DNA of 64,000 bases from Balanoglossus misakiensis (lineage: Eukaryota > Animalia > Hemichordata): NCBI GenBank assembly GCA_040954595.2, contig CM082577.2, positions 3,844,305-3,908,304 on the forward strand. Direction: 5' to 3'. The notes under the pieces were generated by a model. It was not told the DNA's origin. It saw only the letters and a list, made by a program, of their open reading frames with translations, and did no database searches. The position numbers were made by a program, and so were the translations under genes. Shown piece after piece: positions 15,401-30,400 of this stretch (positions within the stretch are counted from its first letter, which is position 1; each line of letters opens with the position of its first letter).

Positions 15401-18400
15401 GGGCCACGTATCCGGTCGCAGTAGTCAGATATACTGTACACATCCACACTCATCTTATACTGCATACAACGTACACATGCTTCTGGTAGTTAACGTTTAT
15501 CAAAATGACATGAACTGTTTTCATGCAACATTAAATGTTCTTTAAAGTTGAAATATGGTGATTTATCGGTTATTACAGATGAGATCCATACATCCACGAG
15601 TATATCGGGGATATATTTTAAGGGATGGCCTGTACTGCGCATGTCACCCAAAATAATGGCAAAAGACAGTGACCAAAATGCCTTTCAGCCTTGTATATAG
15701 TAGTCATATCTCTGAGGTTGAAAGTTTTGCAAACATTCTCGATGCTACCCTAGATGTACTGGTACATGTATGTATCTGTCATGGCATGGAAACAGGATTG
15801 TGGGAAGAACAGAGCGTCGCGTTCCCTGTATTTGTATTCCACATAAAGACCCATCAACTATCCAATCGGCAATTACCAATAACACGTACTCAGATAACAG
15901 AATTCATCAATGTTGGCTGAGTGATGTTCTCCTAATAAGACGCCTTTTACTACCTACGGTTTAAGGTTGCAAAGGTCAAACCCTGATCGAGTGACAAATG
16001 ATAATGACACCTCGGTGACCTTGAAGAAGACGGGCAAAACACCAAATGGTTGCAAATGTGAAACATAATGAAAACAGTGGGTGTGCTAAAAAATAAATCA
16101 TGTTCAAACAGGGAATATGTCCGTCTTTAATATGAAATCATGGATTTCTTGGAAAAATACAGCGTTCTTTCTAAGCCCGAAGTATCGGATGGGAGAGTAA
16201 TTACTTTGACAATTGACGCCTCATTTGCTTACTGCAGAAAGTTTGTTTGATTCAGTCAATACACAAAGCACGATCATTGTCTACATGTTGTTCGATGTTA
16301 ACATGACCAAGAATTTTAGCGGACCTATAGCATATTTGTATTCGACGTGGGTAAACATAGTTAATAAGCAATAATTTTCCGTGGGGACAGCACCTCATTT
16401 AAATAGGAGCGTTAATGTATCTCAGAGACGTTACCGTATGGACATATCAACATCACGATGATTGAAAACTACCCCCATAAAACGGTAAAGCTTTTTAATT
16501 CATCTGACCCCTTTCCTCCTTTTGCTAAGTCTGCATTAGTCGCGGTACGTGTTTGCACTCCGTAAAACGGCGAAATCCGTGTGTTTGAAGCATATCTTTC
16601 TTCAAATACCTCCCGCGCCACGGAAGAATGCGTGATGTATTGCACCAATCAATAAACTTGGCTGGGATGAAAATAGGCAAATTTTCCGTTTCTAGGCTTT
16701 TGTAGCTCAGGATGGGTGAAATGATTGTTGCTGAGTGGAAATGTTTAGTCACTATTGAAGCCTGCATGATGGTTCTGCACGGACGAAATTAAAATGTGCG
16801 ATTTTTATCATACGTTGCTCTAGACAAGACCAAATTCATTACAACAGCTTTTTTTATCTATTTCTCAACTGAAAAAATGAAATCCAGTGAAAATATGAGC
16901 TATTTCTTGATAGCATGTCATCAGTATTTTTTGCTCGACTCCAAAGAATTTAAAGACGTAAAATAACAGAGGTTCATTCCATTTAATTACATGCGATTGG
17001 TATATGATGTTAAGCACATTTAAACATGCTACGTTACACACACACACCTGTATTTCTCATCAAAGAAACCCCTGATATAAACGCTCAAATATGAAGTAAC
17101 TGCATGATTACAATCCATTCACTATCCAATAGTGTTTATAAACAGACACTCAATTTCCACGGCAGTGATATTCAATTTTCTCTTTTACCGTAACCCAGTT
17201 TTTACGAAGAGCACATTTATACAGCTGTCAAAGTCATACTACTAATGTCAACATCATGTACCTGCTGTGTTTGACTTCCTGAAAGGTCGTTTGGCATACC
17301 TTGACATTGAAAAGTGCAGTTTGAATGGACGTGTGATTGAAAACCAGATGAACAAGATTCTCTGCAGTATTCACCGCATTTAAGATTATGTGGCCAGAGT
17401 GGCTATGAACCTACTCCCTTCACTGTAAACTACACTGTATTTTGTTTTTGACAGATTTACTACAAGATGCTATTGACGTTTTTGTTTTAATGTTTCATTT
17501 TAAGAATTCTAAGAATAATCAATCAATACATAATTAATTTACGGTGGAACGGATTATGAAGCCATATAACAACAGAATTAATCTTGAACTAATATCTATG
17601 GTAATTTGTAAGATGCATAAATGACTTCATAGGCAGAGTTTGAATGCTCAACCCACGGTCTCTTTGCAAAAAAAATCGCAGGCTTCATCAGGAACCAGAA
17701 TACCCCATCAATAACTTAATGTCACAGTGACAATGCCAAAATCCTATATACGAACTATTTAAATGAACATGCATGCACATGCGTACAAGCACAATCGGAT
17801 ATATGCAAGGATATACTTTGAGGCATTCAACCAGTAAGGCTATACATCATGTATGTGGCGGTCATTGGCACAACGTGGCTTCCAAAAACGACGATTTAGT
17901 GCCAATTACCATCGACATGTAGTCACAATTATCAACTGTAGAGATGAAGAGCAGGAAACGATGATTGCTCCAATTGTGCTGTGCATTTTAAGACTATAGA
18001 CGCCATTTTATTGCACAAGTGTGTTTCTGCATCGTTCTTGACAATGCCACTTGGCGCGCTCCTCTCGCCATTTCACAGCGCGACGCACTTAGACACCATA
18101 CAAGCTCAAGTGAAGGGCAAGCGGTTGATGCAATAATGATAGTATTTAGCATGATTGTCGCGATTAGACACCGCTACAAAAATATCCACGAATTCAATTG
18201 AATTACGCACAATATAAATGTACATAAATGTTCCCGGCCGAATTTGCTGACGACTGACTGTGTTATTCATGCTGTGGGCCAGATTAGGCACAGTCGCTGA
18301 ACATCTCAATTCCCTGTACTCTGCGACATCCCGGGCAAATTTGACAATTGAAGGTAGGGCAAAGAGAAATGTTCAATTTCCTGTAATAATTATCAGACAT

Positions 18401-20151
18401 CCATCTGTATGCGAAGCATGCAATATTTATCCGGCTTGTTCCTGACGATTTTTACGCTCCGGCCAATCACCTCCAGTTTGATCATTAAAACAAGTTCACG
18501 AAGTTACAATTTCTATTCGTCAGTTCATATAAGTATATCATTCACACAATTTTAAATTACGAAAATAAAAAAACCACCCACTTCAATGGCGATGATTCAT
18601 TAAAAATATACGGCTTGTGTTAGCACCATTTTATCTCCAGGTTATACGCGTGTTAATAGAATTTTTCAGTGAATACGACCCTTGTCAGCCGTCTGGAATT
18701 TTTTTGACGGACACAGGCATGTCATAATATCAGATAATCGCAGTAATAATCTTTTGACTATTCGTTTACGTCAAGCAGTCATATATCACGGAATTAGTTC
18801 CATAAGATTTCAATGCGCCCTTGTGTGTTTCTATTCAATCATCCTCCATTGGTTGGCGGTTTGATGGAATGATTAAACTGCCGCAAAGGCGATATATCAC
18901 AGCGGTATTGTGTTTCATCGGAATACGCAATTCACATCAGATTTGCTGGCACTTGTGCTGAGAGTTTGCGAACGACAGCAATGGGGGAATGAAAATATCA
19001 CTGCAATAGAGCGCCCGACTTATTACTTCCATTATGGAAGGCAATCCATTAGTGTCAGCTTGATGGTAGTTTTTCTGTTGCTTCTTCATCAAATGGCACA
19101 ATAATATTTCACTGGATTTATTCCAACCACGCAACGAGTTAAATTTCGAAGTTTTTATAATACATGCAAAGAAAACACCGACACCTTGAGGAACTTATGT
19201 TTACGAGGCTTAAATGTTATTAAACCACATACACTTTATTTGGTCCCTGAGGGTAGATGTGCCATTTACTTTCAGTACACATACGCGTCTTATTTAGTAA
19301 ACAGATTTATTGTTGGATACCTGATCAGACTTTCTTTGTCTGACGGCCATATTAAATACATGTATTTGGAAAAGGTTACCGGAGCCACACTTTTGCTTGG
19401 CCGCGGCGCTGGTGTTGGATGTGAGAATTCATATAGCATGGATATTGAACAGTAAAAACTGCTATACCTCGACCATTTTTGGAGACAAGCGTCATACGCC
19501 TTAAGTTTCGAATGCAAAATATCAGCATCGCCGTTGATAAGCGCAAAATCATGTTTTAACGTTTAAGCAAACCTATGCATGAGGGTAACTGTGAGTAGCG
19601 TAATGAGCAAGGTAATGAAATGGCAGCATTTGGACGTTGTTGTCTTGCTGGACACCTTAATTAACGTCGCCCTTGACATTGTCCAATGGACGTCATAGGC
19701 ATGCATTACTGCAAGTGTACGTGCAAACCATTTAATCCTGCCTTCCGTTGATAGCCAAACAAGAATCCTTGGTTGATGCACAGAATGAAGAGAATCAAAA
19801 GTTACACAGATGGTGGATCTTGAAGTAAGACAGCCTCGGTGACAATGAATTACATAATTCAATAGTCGCGGGATTTCCGATTTGTAATGATTATTTTGAT
19901 TGGCGTCGTACAATCACTCTCACTTATTCCTCACTAGAACGACGACCCTTTTAGTGTGGCCGAATTCACTGAGACTCGTCACTCATAAAAGATTCATTGT
20001 CTGAGAAGTGTTCCATTATGAGCTGTTCCCACTTTATACATTTATAATGCATATGCACCGTCAATCAAATTTTTCGCTTTAATGAATATTTTAATACAAG
20101 CATGAACTCTTGTCGATCTACATTAAGTGTATGCACGTGCCTCATCTTTGT

Positions 20152-20201
20152 TATGTATGTACATGTATGTATGTATGTATGTATGTATGTATGTATGTAT
20201 G
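20152..20201. repeat. (TATG)n microsatellite
   Basis: Visible tandem TATG run with one interruption. Confidence 0.9.
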
Positions 20202-23200
20202 AAGTCTACAATAAAACACGGGTTACAATTGCATTCTATTCAAAGTCAAATCTCATAGATGGAGATAAAATGGGAGGGGGGGGGTGAATGGTTAACATGT
20301 AAGATAGGGAAGGGCCATCACACCTTTACCGCATGTTTCTGATATTCTCATCATGCAAACTGTTCTATTAAAGCAGACAATTTTTAATAGACCGCAGGAG
20401 ATTTCTTCGGGCCATGGATAATACCCTACTAGTAATAATGTCTGTTGCTCATGCATGAGAAATTACCGTCGACGAAGACAGTGACCCTAGATCACTATAA
20501 GATTCTACAAAAAATTCTCATGGCTCGCAACGAAAAGCCAAAGAGAATGCTCAAAGCTGGTTTCAGATACGAAAGCCTGAACTGTGGCTCGACCGTCTTG
20601 TCTACCACTTGATGCAGAACGAGTTTTTTCCCTGTACTTGGCCCCGAGTGTCTTCGCACTTAATGTATCATTCATGAGATACACATTTAGTGAAGTGGTG
20701 AAAAAAATCAACTTAAAAGAAGCGCGCTTCTCTTGTATTTGATCCTCCTAATGTACCTTGGGGGCATCAGCTACTTCAAAGTTAACGCGAGAGTAAGCAG
20801 TTCCGGAAACATGGTTTCCTCTCGTCAACGTCACACCGAGACATCACAATGTATACTTCAATGTACGGGTATAGCGGGACCAACGACCTTGCTACTCATT
20901 GACATCAACGACGTAAGCATTGGTTATTTTAATATTTCAACGATGCGGTGCTCTGAAATAATGCCCTATCGTCAAGTGACTCGTGACACTATGAACTCTA
21001 TTCTTCCGACTGGATTCAGTTTTGTTTAACGTAACCTGACGGATGACTGTTATATATACCAACGTGGATTTTGAAGCATGCGCTTAATTGCTAAAGGACC
21101 ACGACAGAGAAAAAATATGACTTCCAAAAAAACATTATCATTAAATAGGTGACTTTAGTTAATCGACTGTAATCTGATCACTTTAGGTGGCAATAGTTAA
21201 TATATAATAATTCTACTCTGTTTGGTCCAGCAAATGCCTAGGGTTTACCCAAGGAAATAGATCGCAAACCCAATCAGTGTGTCGGTATAAAATAAACTTT
21301 GTCTCAGCGTGATCTTTGGTTTGAAAATGAAAACACGGTAAGTGCTTTGATTAGTTGCGTAGTCCCTGGAGTTTGTAGATCCCTTCCTACAATCGAATAA
21401 TACTGCAAGGTCTTATTACTATGGGTTTACTTTGTATTCATTCTCATAATGGAGATGCTGCGTCTTCACGGGGGATTTGCCGACTTACATCGGAAAGGGT
21501 TTATAATGCTATGTTCAATTTCTCTCAAAAGTGTAGATAAAAGTCTTCCGAAAGTATGGTATGGGAGAATCAATCGTTCGACATCTCGTGTATGCGATTT
21601 GTATCACTTTGTCGAGTCCTTATGCGCAGTCCAAAACAGAAGTGTTTTCACTCTAAAAGCTTGGTGTTAAAACACTTCCGTCAAATGTCGGTAATTTAAG
21701 ATATATTGGTGTTGTTTTTCCTACAGGCCATGGTAGAGGGATGGGAATGGCACGGCTCGCTCTTATGTTGCATGTACGTCGTTGGGTAGAGAGGATGTAC
21801 GAGGACTTTCAGTCAACACCAGAAACCGAAAACATTTTTGTTGACTTGGTCGGATTTGGCTGACACCTTCTTTGATTTCAAGAAAATCAGCAATTTATTG
21901 AATTATCTCTAATTCAGAAATAATTCAGAATGTCGTGGCCACCTGGTTTAAAAGACAGTCTATGACAATTCATGATTAGTCAGAATGTTTTGAACTGTAC
22001 ATATTTGTTTTGCTTCAATCATGCCAATCACCCGACATATGAATATCCAGGTGCCATTAATAGATGTGCCAATATTATTCAAAAACGCTAATGACGAAAT
22101 GGCTTTCTTTAAATTAAGTTATCATGACAGAACGCTCTTCATGTTTACGCTCAAGGGATAATTAAAATAGTGGTTGTTATTTTTCATGAGAAAGCTCTTC
22201 TGATGCACCAAAATACTTTCACCATCAGTATACAAGCTTCGATATTACTGCGCGCGCCAAAATAGTTTATGCATTCTACGACATGAAAGGGATGGGGATC
22301 TTAAGCCGCAATAGAATCAGTAATTCTTGGAGCAAGCACTTGTCTGTGTATGGGCAAAATACCAAAGGCTCTTCTTTGAATTGTGCCAACGCAATGGCAC
22401 ATAAGTGCATTTGGCAGAATAAAGTAACGGAAACGAAGTTATGAATTTAATTGAATATAAATGGACAAATCAGCCCTGACACGTTGTCCTGTCCAACAGA
22501 AACTCCATCAGACACGTGTCCTTGCCAATCGGCATTCTTTGTCGACACCGAGAATAAATCTACATATTTGTGTCGGAGCCCACATGTTATTGAACTTGTA
22601 AACTGTTTCATGATTGAAACAGCCTTTTGATAAAACGGTTTCTGCAAAGCTTTGTGGCAAAAGAAGGAGTTCTTAATTTTTTGGCTTGAATCCGCCGGGA
22701 AATCGGAGTAATACTAATCAAGACCGCCATTCACTTGTCCCAAATCGCTGAAAATTAGATTAAAAATGAATTGTATATTCATGAAAGCATATTCCCAACA
22801 ATTTCGCTTCGGTCAACACAGGTCCTTCGTGGGAATCGAAAACAAACAGATGCAAATGAATGGTCAAACTTTGGAGGCATTAGTCGCTGACACTCTTAGA
22901 GAGAAATGGAAACATTTTGTGCCTCTTCGTGCAAGCGTTGAGTGCTGTATTCAAATGCATTTTTACATAAAAATTTAGGCCAGCTGCAACATCTGCAGCT
23001 TTGCAGTATGCAAGCACTATAAATAAGAAATACCTTTCAAGTGGAAGTGGGGCCATATCTGGCGAGTTCATGCCTGTGTTTTGGGAACTTTCGACATCAA
23101 AGACATGTCTATTTTTCGCACGGCAGATTTTCGGAATCTGCGATATCTGACAAATTGTTTTTATGGTTGTTTGTAATGAAGTAAATCATCAACATCTGGG

Positions 23201-23621
23201 ATAGGTAGTTTGGGTGCGACTCGAAGCTCCGAAAAAAATAAACCAGTAAATATACTTTAAATCCTTTGCAACAGCAGTCGTGGCATATGTTATAAAAAAA
23301 TTGCTGCATGTATTATGACTATGCACCAACCAAAGTAAGTTATAAAACAATTCTAACTGGCCGCCGATTTTATACCATACTACTGCAGTGACCTAACGGG
23401 TAGGCACCTAAGTGAAACTATCTATAAACAAGATCAGCTGATTACTGGTTTTGCATAATTTATAAATGAATCTTCATTCGTGATGCTGGTTATCTCCCAA
23501 TCAATGCTATCAATTCGCTGGCGAGTTCAAACCTGTATTACAATAGCATTTGAGTTGTACATCATCTTCTAAGATGTTCCAAGTCTAATCGCAATTGTGA
23601 TTTATGTTGTCTATACTGTAC

Positions 23622-24158
23622 TTGCAGTCCCCATGGCCGAAGACCAGGGGACTGATAAGTGTCGTCCGTCCAGACATGCCTGGACCGATTTCAATCGAAC
23701 TTGATACATCTTACTAAGATGTACGTATGCACGTAAATTTGTTTTCAGAGACAATCCAATATGACCACCAGAAGGCTATTTTGATATGTTTATTGTTCAT
23801 GCCCGGAGCCAATAAGCAGACAAGTCTGCCAATATTTCATTCAAACTCAGTGCATAGACATGTGCTATGATGTACAATCATGTTATTTCATGTTGTGACA
23901 AGATACAATATGGTCACCTACTGGCATGATTTTACGTCCAGAATTTCCCTTACACATGCTTTGACAGCTAATTTAATGAAAATTCACTGTGTGTGCAGTG
24001 TACCACGATAAACATGCACGTCCTACAGTTACAGGCCAACAATATTTTGCTATAGAAACGCTGTCATAGATATTGTGCAGACATGCGTTTCATCACGAAT
24101 TCCTTCAACGTTTCCTATTGCTATGATCAGCGGGGAATGCGTCATTAACAATGACTTT
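23622..24158 (+). mobile_element. Non-autonomous Helentron-associated (HINE/DINE-1-like) element
   Basis: 5' TT then CAGTCCCC-n14-GGGGACTG inverted pair; GTCC microsatellite remnant (gtcgtccgtcc); two related core motifs (atccaatatgaccacc, atacaatatggtcacc); 3' subterminal inverted copy (cagcggggaatgc); terminal hairpin GTCATT-aac-AATGAC followed by TTT. Confidence 0.65.
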
Positions 24159-27000
24159 AATCTCACGGTCTTCGATTACTGCTTTCACACAAACCCGAAT
24201 CTACTCAAGTGACAACAATATACACAGTCTCGGAGGAGAAGAGAAATGAAAATGAGACTGTGACACATTCAGTAGGTGTTTGCCCCAACGGAAAACTCGT
24301 TTGAACGAAACGTTAATAAGTTCAACCTCGCCGTGAATCACGCGCTCGAGATAATGAATAAATAACCCCTATGGAGGTTCAGACACAGCCAGTTAAGGCC
24401 TTGTCATTATTGTTCACCATCGTTAGGTAGGTATAACTCTTTCACAGTGCCGGTGATCAAAAATATCAACCGCCTGCTGGTGACGTTTATTTATGTAAGT
24501 GTAACTTACGGGAGGATTAATTTTTATTGGTTTATTATTTGTGGTTGGTGGCACAAAATTAGTTATTTGCAATCACGACAGCCAGAAAAACGGTGACATC
24601 GATTACGACGATCCTACAGTTATCTGTACACTAATTATAGTAAAATGTTACAATAAGTTGTATTTATTATACAACCAAGTCTCCACGTTGACAACAATCT
24701 ATTCATCTTAAAAGTCCTTCTCAAGAGCTAAACTCCACAAATATAATGCAAAATGTTTAAAGATAACGTCTTTGGCTTTATTCTAACGGTTATACTTAAC
24801 GAGAATTCTTACAGGATCTTCCACTCTTATGTCTATTTCAACCGTTCCGCGTCCTACGGGTCTCTCTGCAAACTAATATGTCCTGACATGCTATATAATT
24901 AGCCGGATGCCAGCTCAGCTATCTTAACCATAGAGCGGATAATTAATTTTTCATTGGCTTAAAAACAAACTGATTTCCCGTTCATTTCCGCCCAGTGCGA
25001 CACTAATTCGAACCATTCACCTCCGAAGACCACTGGGGGCGGCTGTCCAACGGAAATTCAAGAAAAAAAAATTACATTTGATGTCATTATATGGAAAACA
25101 TGATCGGACGACTGGAGGAGATCACAGAGGTTTCCTCACAACTGATGTCTGCAGTCAAATGGAAATAAATAGAGTGCAATGGCAAGCCTGACAGGCAAAA
25201 ATGCCACCTCCGGCAAACGTTGCACGTTGTCAAGTAAAAGGTGCCCCCCTCGGTTTGTGGGTATTGAAACCAAAGGCCAACTTCCGTAACCTAGCGACGT
25301 GGTACCCACTCACAAACATGTCAACTAGTAAAGCGTCTCTTTGTATGCACGTGTAAAAATATTCGAAGTCTGGACATTAGAGATATAAATGAACATTCAC
25401 TGAAAATGGGATAGTGCCTTATCAGTTAATCGTGATATTGTGTACTGTATTCTTTCAATACCCTTCTTACAGCAGAAAAAAAATCAAGTGGTAAAACCAC
25501 TGAACTCAAAATAAAATACTGCAGGCGTGATCACAATGCATTTACGAATATTAATGACGTTGGCGATTTCTGAGTTTCGTATTTGCCAATTCGAAGGCCC
25601 TGGCTTACTCAAATTTCAACTGCACCTTTACGGTTCAACCTTCGCAAAACTCATTGTCCAGGGCATTTACAGCACAAAGAGAGTTAGCTTATTCTGTAAT
25701 ATTATGTTTCCTAATTCAACCGACATTATGATTACGGGTCTGTGACAGATGTCCGTTAATTTCAATTGTGAATAGGAACATTTCAAATAATGTAAACAAT
25801 GAGGCTCTTCTGTTGTTTCGTCTGTGTATGTGCAAGACCGCAGATAGCACATGTTGCCGTACGGTAAATTGGGAATCGGCTCAAATCATTCTGAATAAAA
25901 AGCCTCAATTTTTTTTAAAGCATCACGGATTTCGGGTAAATCCGCATCTCGTTGAGTTATTCCTGCAAATCCTTTCCCCAATGAGGATTTGTCACTGTAA
26001 AACCTATGCAAAAATATCAAAACGTCTGTGTCTTTATCATTTTATTCATTGGGATGAATAGTTTTGAGCTTTTATACGCTTGTCAGTTTAATACACCAGG
26101 CTAGAACACCCCCCCCCCCCACCTACCCGGCCCAGGGACAATAATATAATCAGGCCAATGATTTTTAAGCAGCGAAATGCATTCACCACAATCCTGGCCT
26201 ATTACGAATAATATTAAATGCATACATTCCTTAACCATGTATATATAGTGGCGTTTCAGATCATGCAACTGTAGAGAACTGTCGGAAATGAGTCAAATAG
26301 AACACTGATACAGGAAAATCTTCGGCGGTGGATTTAAAGACGCCGCTATCGCTACCCTGCAACTATTTCACGTACACCCCTCTAACTATACCATCAACGT
26401 ATTAATTGCCCATGGGTAATGAAAGACTACATCCATCTCGCTTTCATCAATTATCAATTAGTTCGTGTTGTCGTCAATATACATATGGGTCTAATAATCC
26501 TGCCTCGTTAAAACCAGTCTGTGTTAAACGCAAATATTTTTGAAGGCGACAGGTTTTTTTTACCACTGAGTTCTTCAGTAAGTAGCAATAAAAGTCAGGA
26601 TCAGGGACAACCGTTTCGTTCCTTTGTTTACAAGTCTTTCGGTAACGTGTGCTTTCGACTGTGTATACACACAGTTGGGACAGCGCGACTCGCTTGAGTT
26701 CTCGAGCGTCAGATGTGTATGTAACCCTGTTATTACTGTATGGCCTGCGGGGGTGCCATTTGGAAAGAAACGCTGCGTTGAGGAGACGTTGAAAATAATC
26801 CAACGGCTTAGGGAGTTACTCGCGACTGAAAACCGCATATACTGAAAGTAGTCGGCAACACAGTTTCCTAGTCCATGCTGTGGATAAGTTACTATGTAGG
26901 TAAATGTCTAAACTATTCTTGTTTTTATGTGTATAGGTTTGTTACCGTGCGGAGTAGACTGTGTTCTCCATGATCAGCCCACCGCGGATACGTGAACGGA

Positions 27001-27492
27001 ATGGTGGTATTCTGCAGCCAAGCGACGCCGACCGCACGGCGTTATACCCTCATTGTGGTAATTGTATCACTATCTGCAGTGTGCATCGACAACGTCGGAT
27101 CAGATACGCTGCCCAGGACAGGTAGCAGCGATTTAATCGCCTCCTCGGTTCGGCTGGGCGCCGTTCTCACCGACGCGTCCTACGGGGCCCGGCTGAACGA
27201 CAGCATCCGCTCGCTGCAGACCAAACTGCCGAGACTGGCCGACGTGTACATCGACCTGCGAGTGGCGTACGTGAACCTGACAGAACACCTGAGCGTCATA
27301 AGAACCATCTGCGGTGAAATGTTGCCGGACGGGATCAATGCGCTCGTGGCCATTATAGAGGATGATAACGAAATAGACGTTCACATCTCCTCCGGGTTTG
27401 TTTCTATGATCGCGCAATACACACATTTGCCAGTGATAAGTTTGAACGACGCCAAGGAGGTACGGCCTTCAAACTTTTACAGCGATGATATG
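27001..27492 (+). CDS. GRIN2: GluN2-like gene 1, coding exon 1 (signal peptide + start of ATD)
   Basis: Acceptor ttgtttttatgtgtatag ends 26936; in-frame TGA at 26971; ATG 27001 in strong context (ggaATGg); hydrophobic YTLIVVIVSLSAVC; ATD motifs ICGEML..GINALV and AQYTHLPVISL; donor ATG|gtaagt at 27493 (phase 0). Confidence 0.88.
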
Positions 27493-30400
27493 GTAAGTAT
27501 AAGTTCAGAAATCTATTAAAAAAAGCACTAGCATTCTACCACTTTTAAGAACAATAATGATTTGTTTGGTACATGGGCACATGATACATATATAAAAAGT
27601 GACCAATGTAAAATGATTTCTTCTTTAGATTGCAAGAACATTTGAACATGTATAAGTATAGAATCTGTGTTTGTCTTAATGTATGACATACACAGGAACT
27701 GTATACACCGATACAGAGAGACAGATACACACACAGTGTTGCTTTGATAATTGATTATTTTAAAGTGTGACAGATGTGTGTGAGGTTTAATATATTTTCG
27801 ATTGAACATTCATGCACTTTTGGGTTTTCTGCTCTGAGTGGTTGTTTGAAGAGCACGGAGTTTGTATGGATTCACGACAGCCATCCATTCTGCGAAGAAC
27901 CCGTTCTATACGCAGAAATGTTATACATGTATTCCTAATGCATCTATTAGCACATATGGGATAGTGAAATATTAATTTCTTTAATTTTGCTCGGGAATGT
28001 ATTATTCCAATAGAAATGAATTATAATTGATGAAATATGAATCATAATCGATGAAATAAATCTTGTCTGCAAAAATGGCCAAATGAAATGGCTGGAACCA
28101 ATTGGCTCTTCATAAATACCTGTGGTGAATTGCGACAGATAAGCCGTAAAATCGAATTTCCAATGTTTGCTGATGAAAAGGAAGAATCGATTTTATCATT
28201 GTAAGGACTGATTTTATTGCGACTGAACACCGCCGCGCTCCGCGACTCCAAAGCGAACTCTTGAACTCCTTTGATTAACGCTCTGTCGAGGTCACGTGGT
28301 GTTGTCTGGAGGTCGGCATCTTTCGTTTGCGGCAGGCGAGCGAATTGTGTCGCGTCTAGTCCAAGAATCAGCGCTCAGATAAATCTTGTCGCTAGTGAAT
28401 GTCCCTACGACGCCGGATATGAGACTTTTATCTGATTGGTTTTTTTTTTTTAAATGGCTAAGAAAGAGGGAAAGTGAATGACGTTGGAAACTACTACTTA
28501 TATATTTCTTCGAACAGAAATAATAAGGGTCTTAGACGCAAAGGCACATCATATGCAGTAAAGGTACATCAAATGTTGAAAAAAAAGTGAAATTTAAATA
28601 ATGGGGCGAGTCCAAAAGCAACACCTTTAAGTACCGTAGACTGTCACAAGAGGAACATGATATACAGGAGATAAATAGAGTTCTAAACGAAGTAAATCAA
28701 TACGGAAAGACTTATTCTCTTCTAACCTTAAGGCAGATGGTGTTTTATCACCGAATTAATTTTTGATTTGTATATTTACATCCATATGTCCTGCATCATA
28801 CGATCGCGATTTTAATTGACATCATAAATTTTCAGAACCCGCGTCAGCAGTTGAACCTGGCATGGAATCTAAAGGCACGGACACCATCGGAGAGAATTTA
28901 ATACTCTGATGATGGAAAGCCGTTTAACAGATGAGAGGCGGACTACTATACGTTGCACAAGCAATCATGATTACATCGTTAGCGATTTGCACGTTAATCT
29001 GGCAGTTCTAATGCCCCATGTGCCACTCCGAGACAAATAAAAATGTGTCGGAAAATATGGCTGTTTTCTAAACATAAACCTGTACGCGGCGAGATATAGT
29101 TACCTTGTGAAATAATATCCTATGTAAAAACAGAGTGAATGATTTACGACTACAGGCTTTGGGGAGTGACATTTGGAAAATGACTACGGTGACACGATGT
29201 TTTCAACTGAAGTGCAGTGTGGTGTCGTGATTCAATAGAGGAAGCTGTGAATGAGGTGATAGTTATTCGCAACACGTTTTGATGACACCACATTACTTAT
29301 TTGCACATGTTGTTAATCGATCGCTAAGTGCGTACAAGCGAATGGACAAAATACCTAGGGTATAACAGCCGTAAACCACAGCGGGACAAATCGGATATAT
29401 CACAGAAGAGGTTCGCGGAAAGTACCGTTGACAGAATCCAGAGCGTAATAATATACATAAAGCGAAAAATTCAGCTACTTTATAATTATAATTGTTCATC
29501 AGGTGGTTGTTGTCGTATTATATGGTAAAATATTATAGTTTGTCATTTACATCTACACATACATCGTTTATTTCCATATGACCACCTGCCAATTAGTATT
29601 ACAATTATGCTCTAACCGTGACCAGCCTATACAAAAGTAAATGATATCAATACACCATGTGTGTCAAATGGAGTGTTAAGAAGGTCAGCATGCCCATACA
29701 AATTTGAATGTACCGTACATACGTACAATTTTATGTACATATGAGAATGTGTGTATGTGTAAGTATGTATGAAATGTATGTATTTCTGTGTGTGTGGTAT
29801 GTATGTATTTATGTGTGTGTGTGTGTGTGTGTGTGCGTGCGTGCATGTATTTTTTTACCATTTATGTTGACGTTATGCATGCAGTTGGGTGAGCATGCCT
29901 ATATATAAAAGTACATTCGAGTCGGATTTGCCCAGTGACGTCACAACGTGCGTATATACCACAACCCAGAACATTAATTTCCCAAAAGTCATCTACGGCA
30001 TGTTTTTGCATTCCTGGCCGCTGAGAGAGCAAGTTCGACAATGTAGTCACACACTTTCTCACACTTGAAAGCGTTATATGATTGGATAATGAACATTCTA
30101 TCAGTAATGCGCAAAATGGCGCGGTGTGTTATACATGAAACTACAGCGTTACTCAATGTTTAGTGGTCATGTGAAAACTGAGCAAACACACACACTAATT
30201 GCACCAAGGACCTAAGGTAAAGTATATACACTCATTTGAGATAGTTTGTCACAAGCTCGCCTGCGGTTTAATTTGTGTTAGAAAAGTATCCCCAACTTGT
30301 GTGAGAAATCTGACCTTGGGGCGTGAGATTCTATTAAAACGCAACGGCACGAAACTTTTCTTTGCGTTATTTGTTGCGACGTTGGGCTCTGTCTTTTGGG

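Noticed and set aside
1-26900. The many 60-117 aa ORFs upstream of gene 1
   Set aside because: No domain motifs, no exon-like GC3 bias, no phase-consistent splice chains; many start at TTG or GTG.
26992-27000. GTG start used by the ORF track for gene 1
   Set aside because: Eukaryotic gene; the ATG at 27001 has strong Kozak context.
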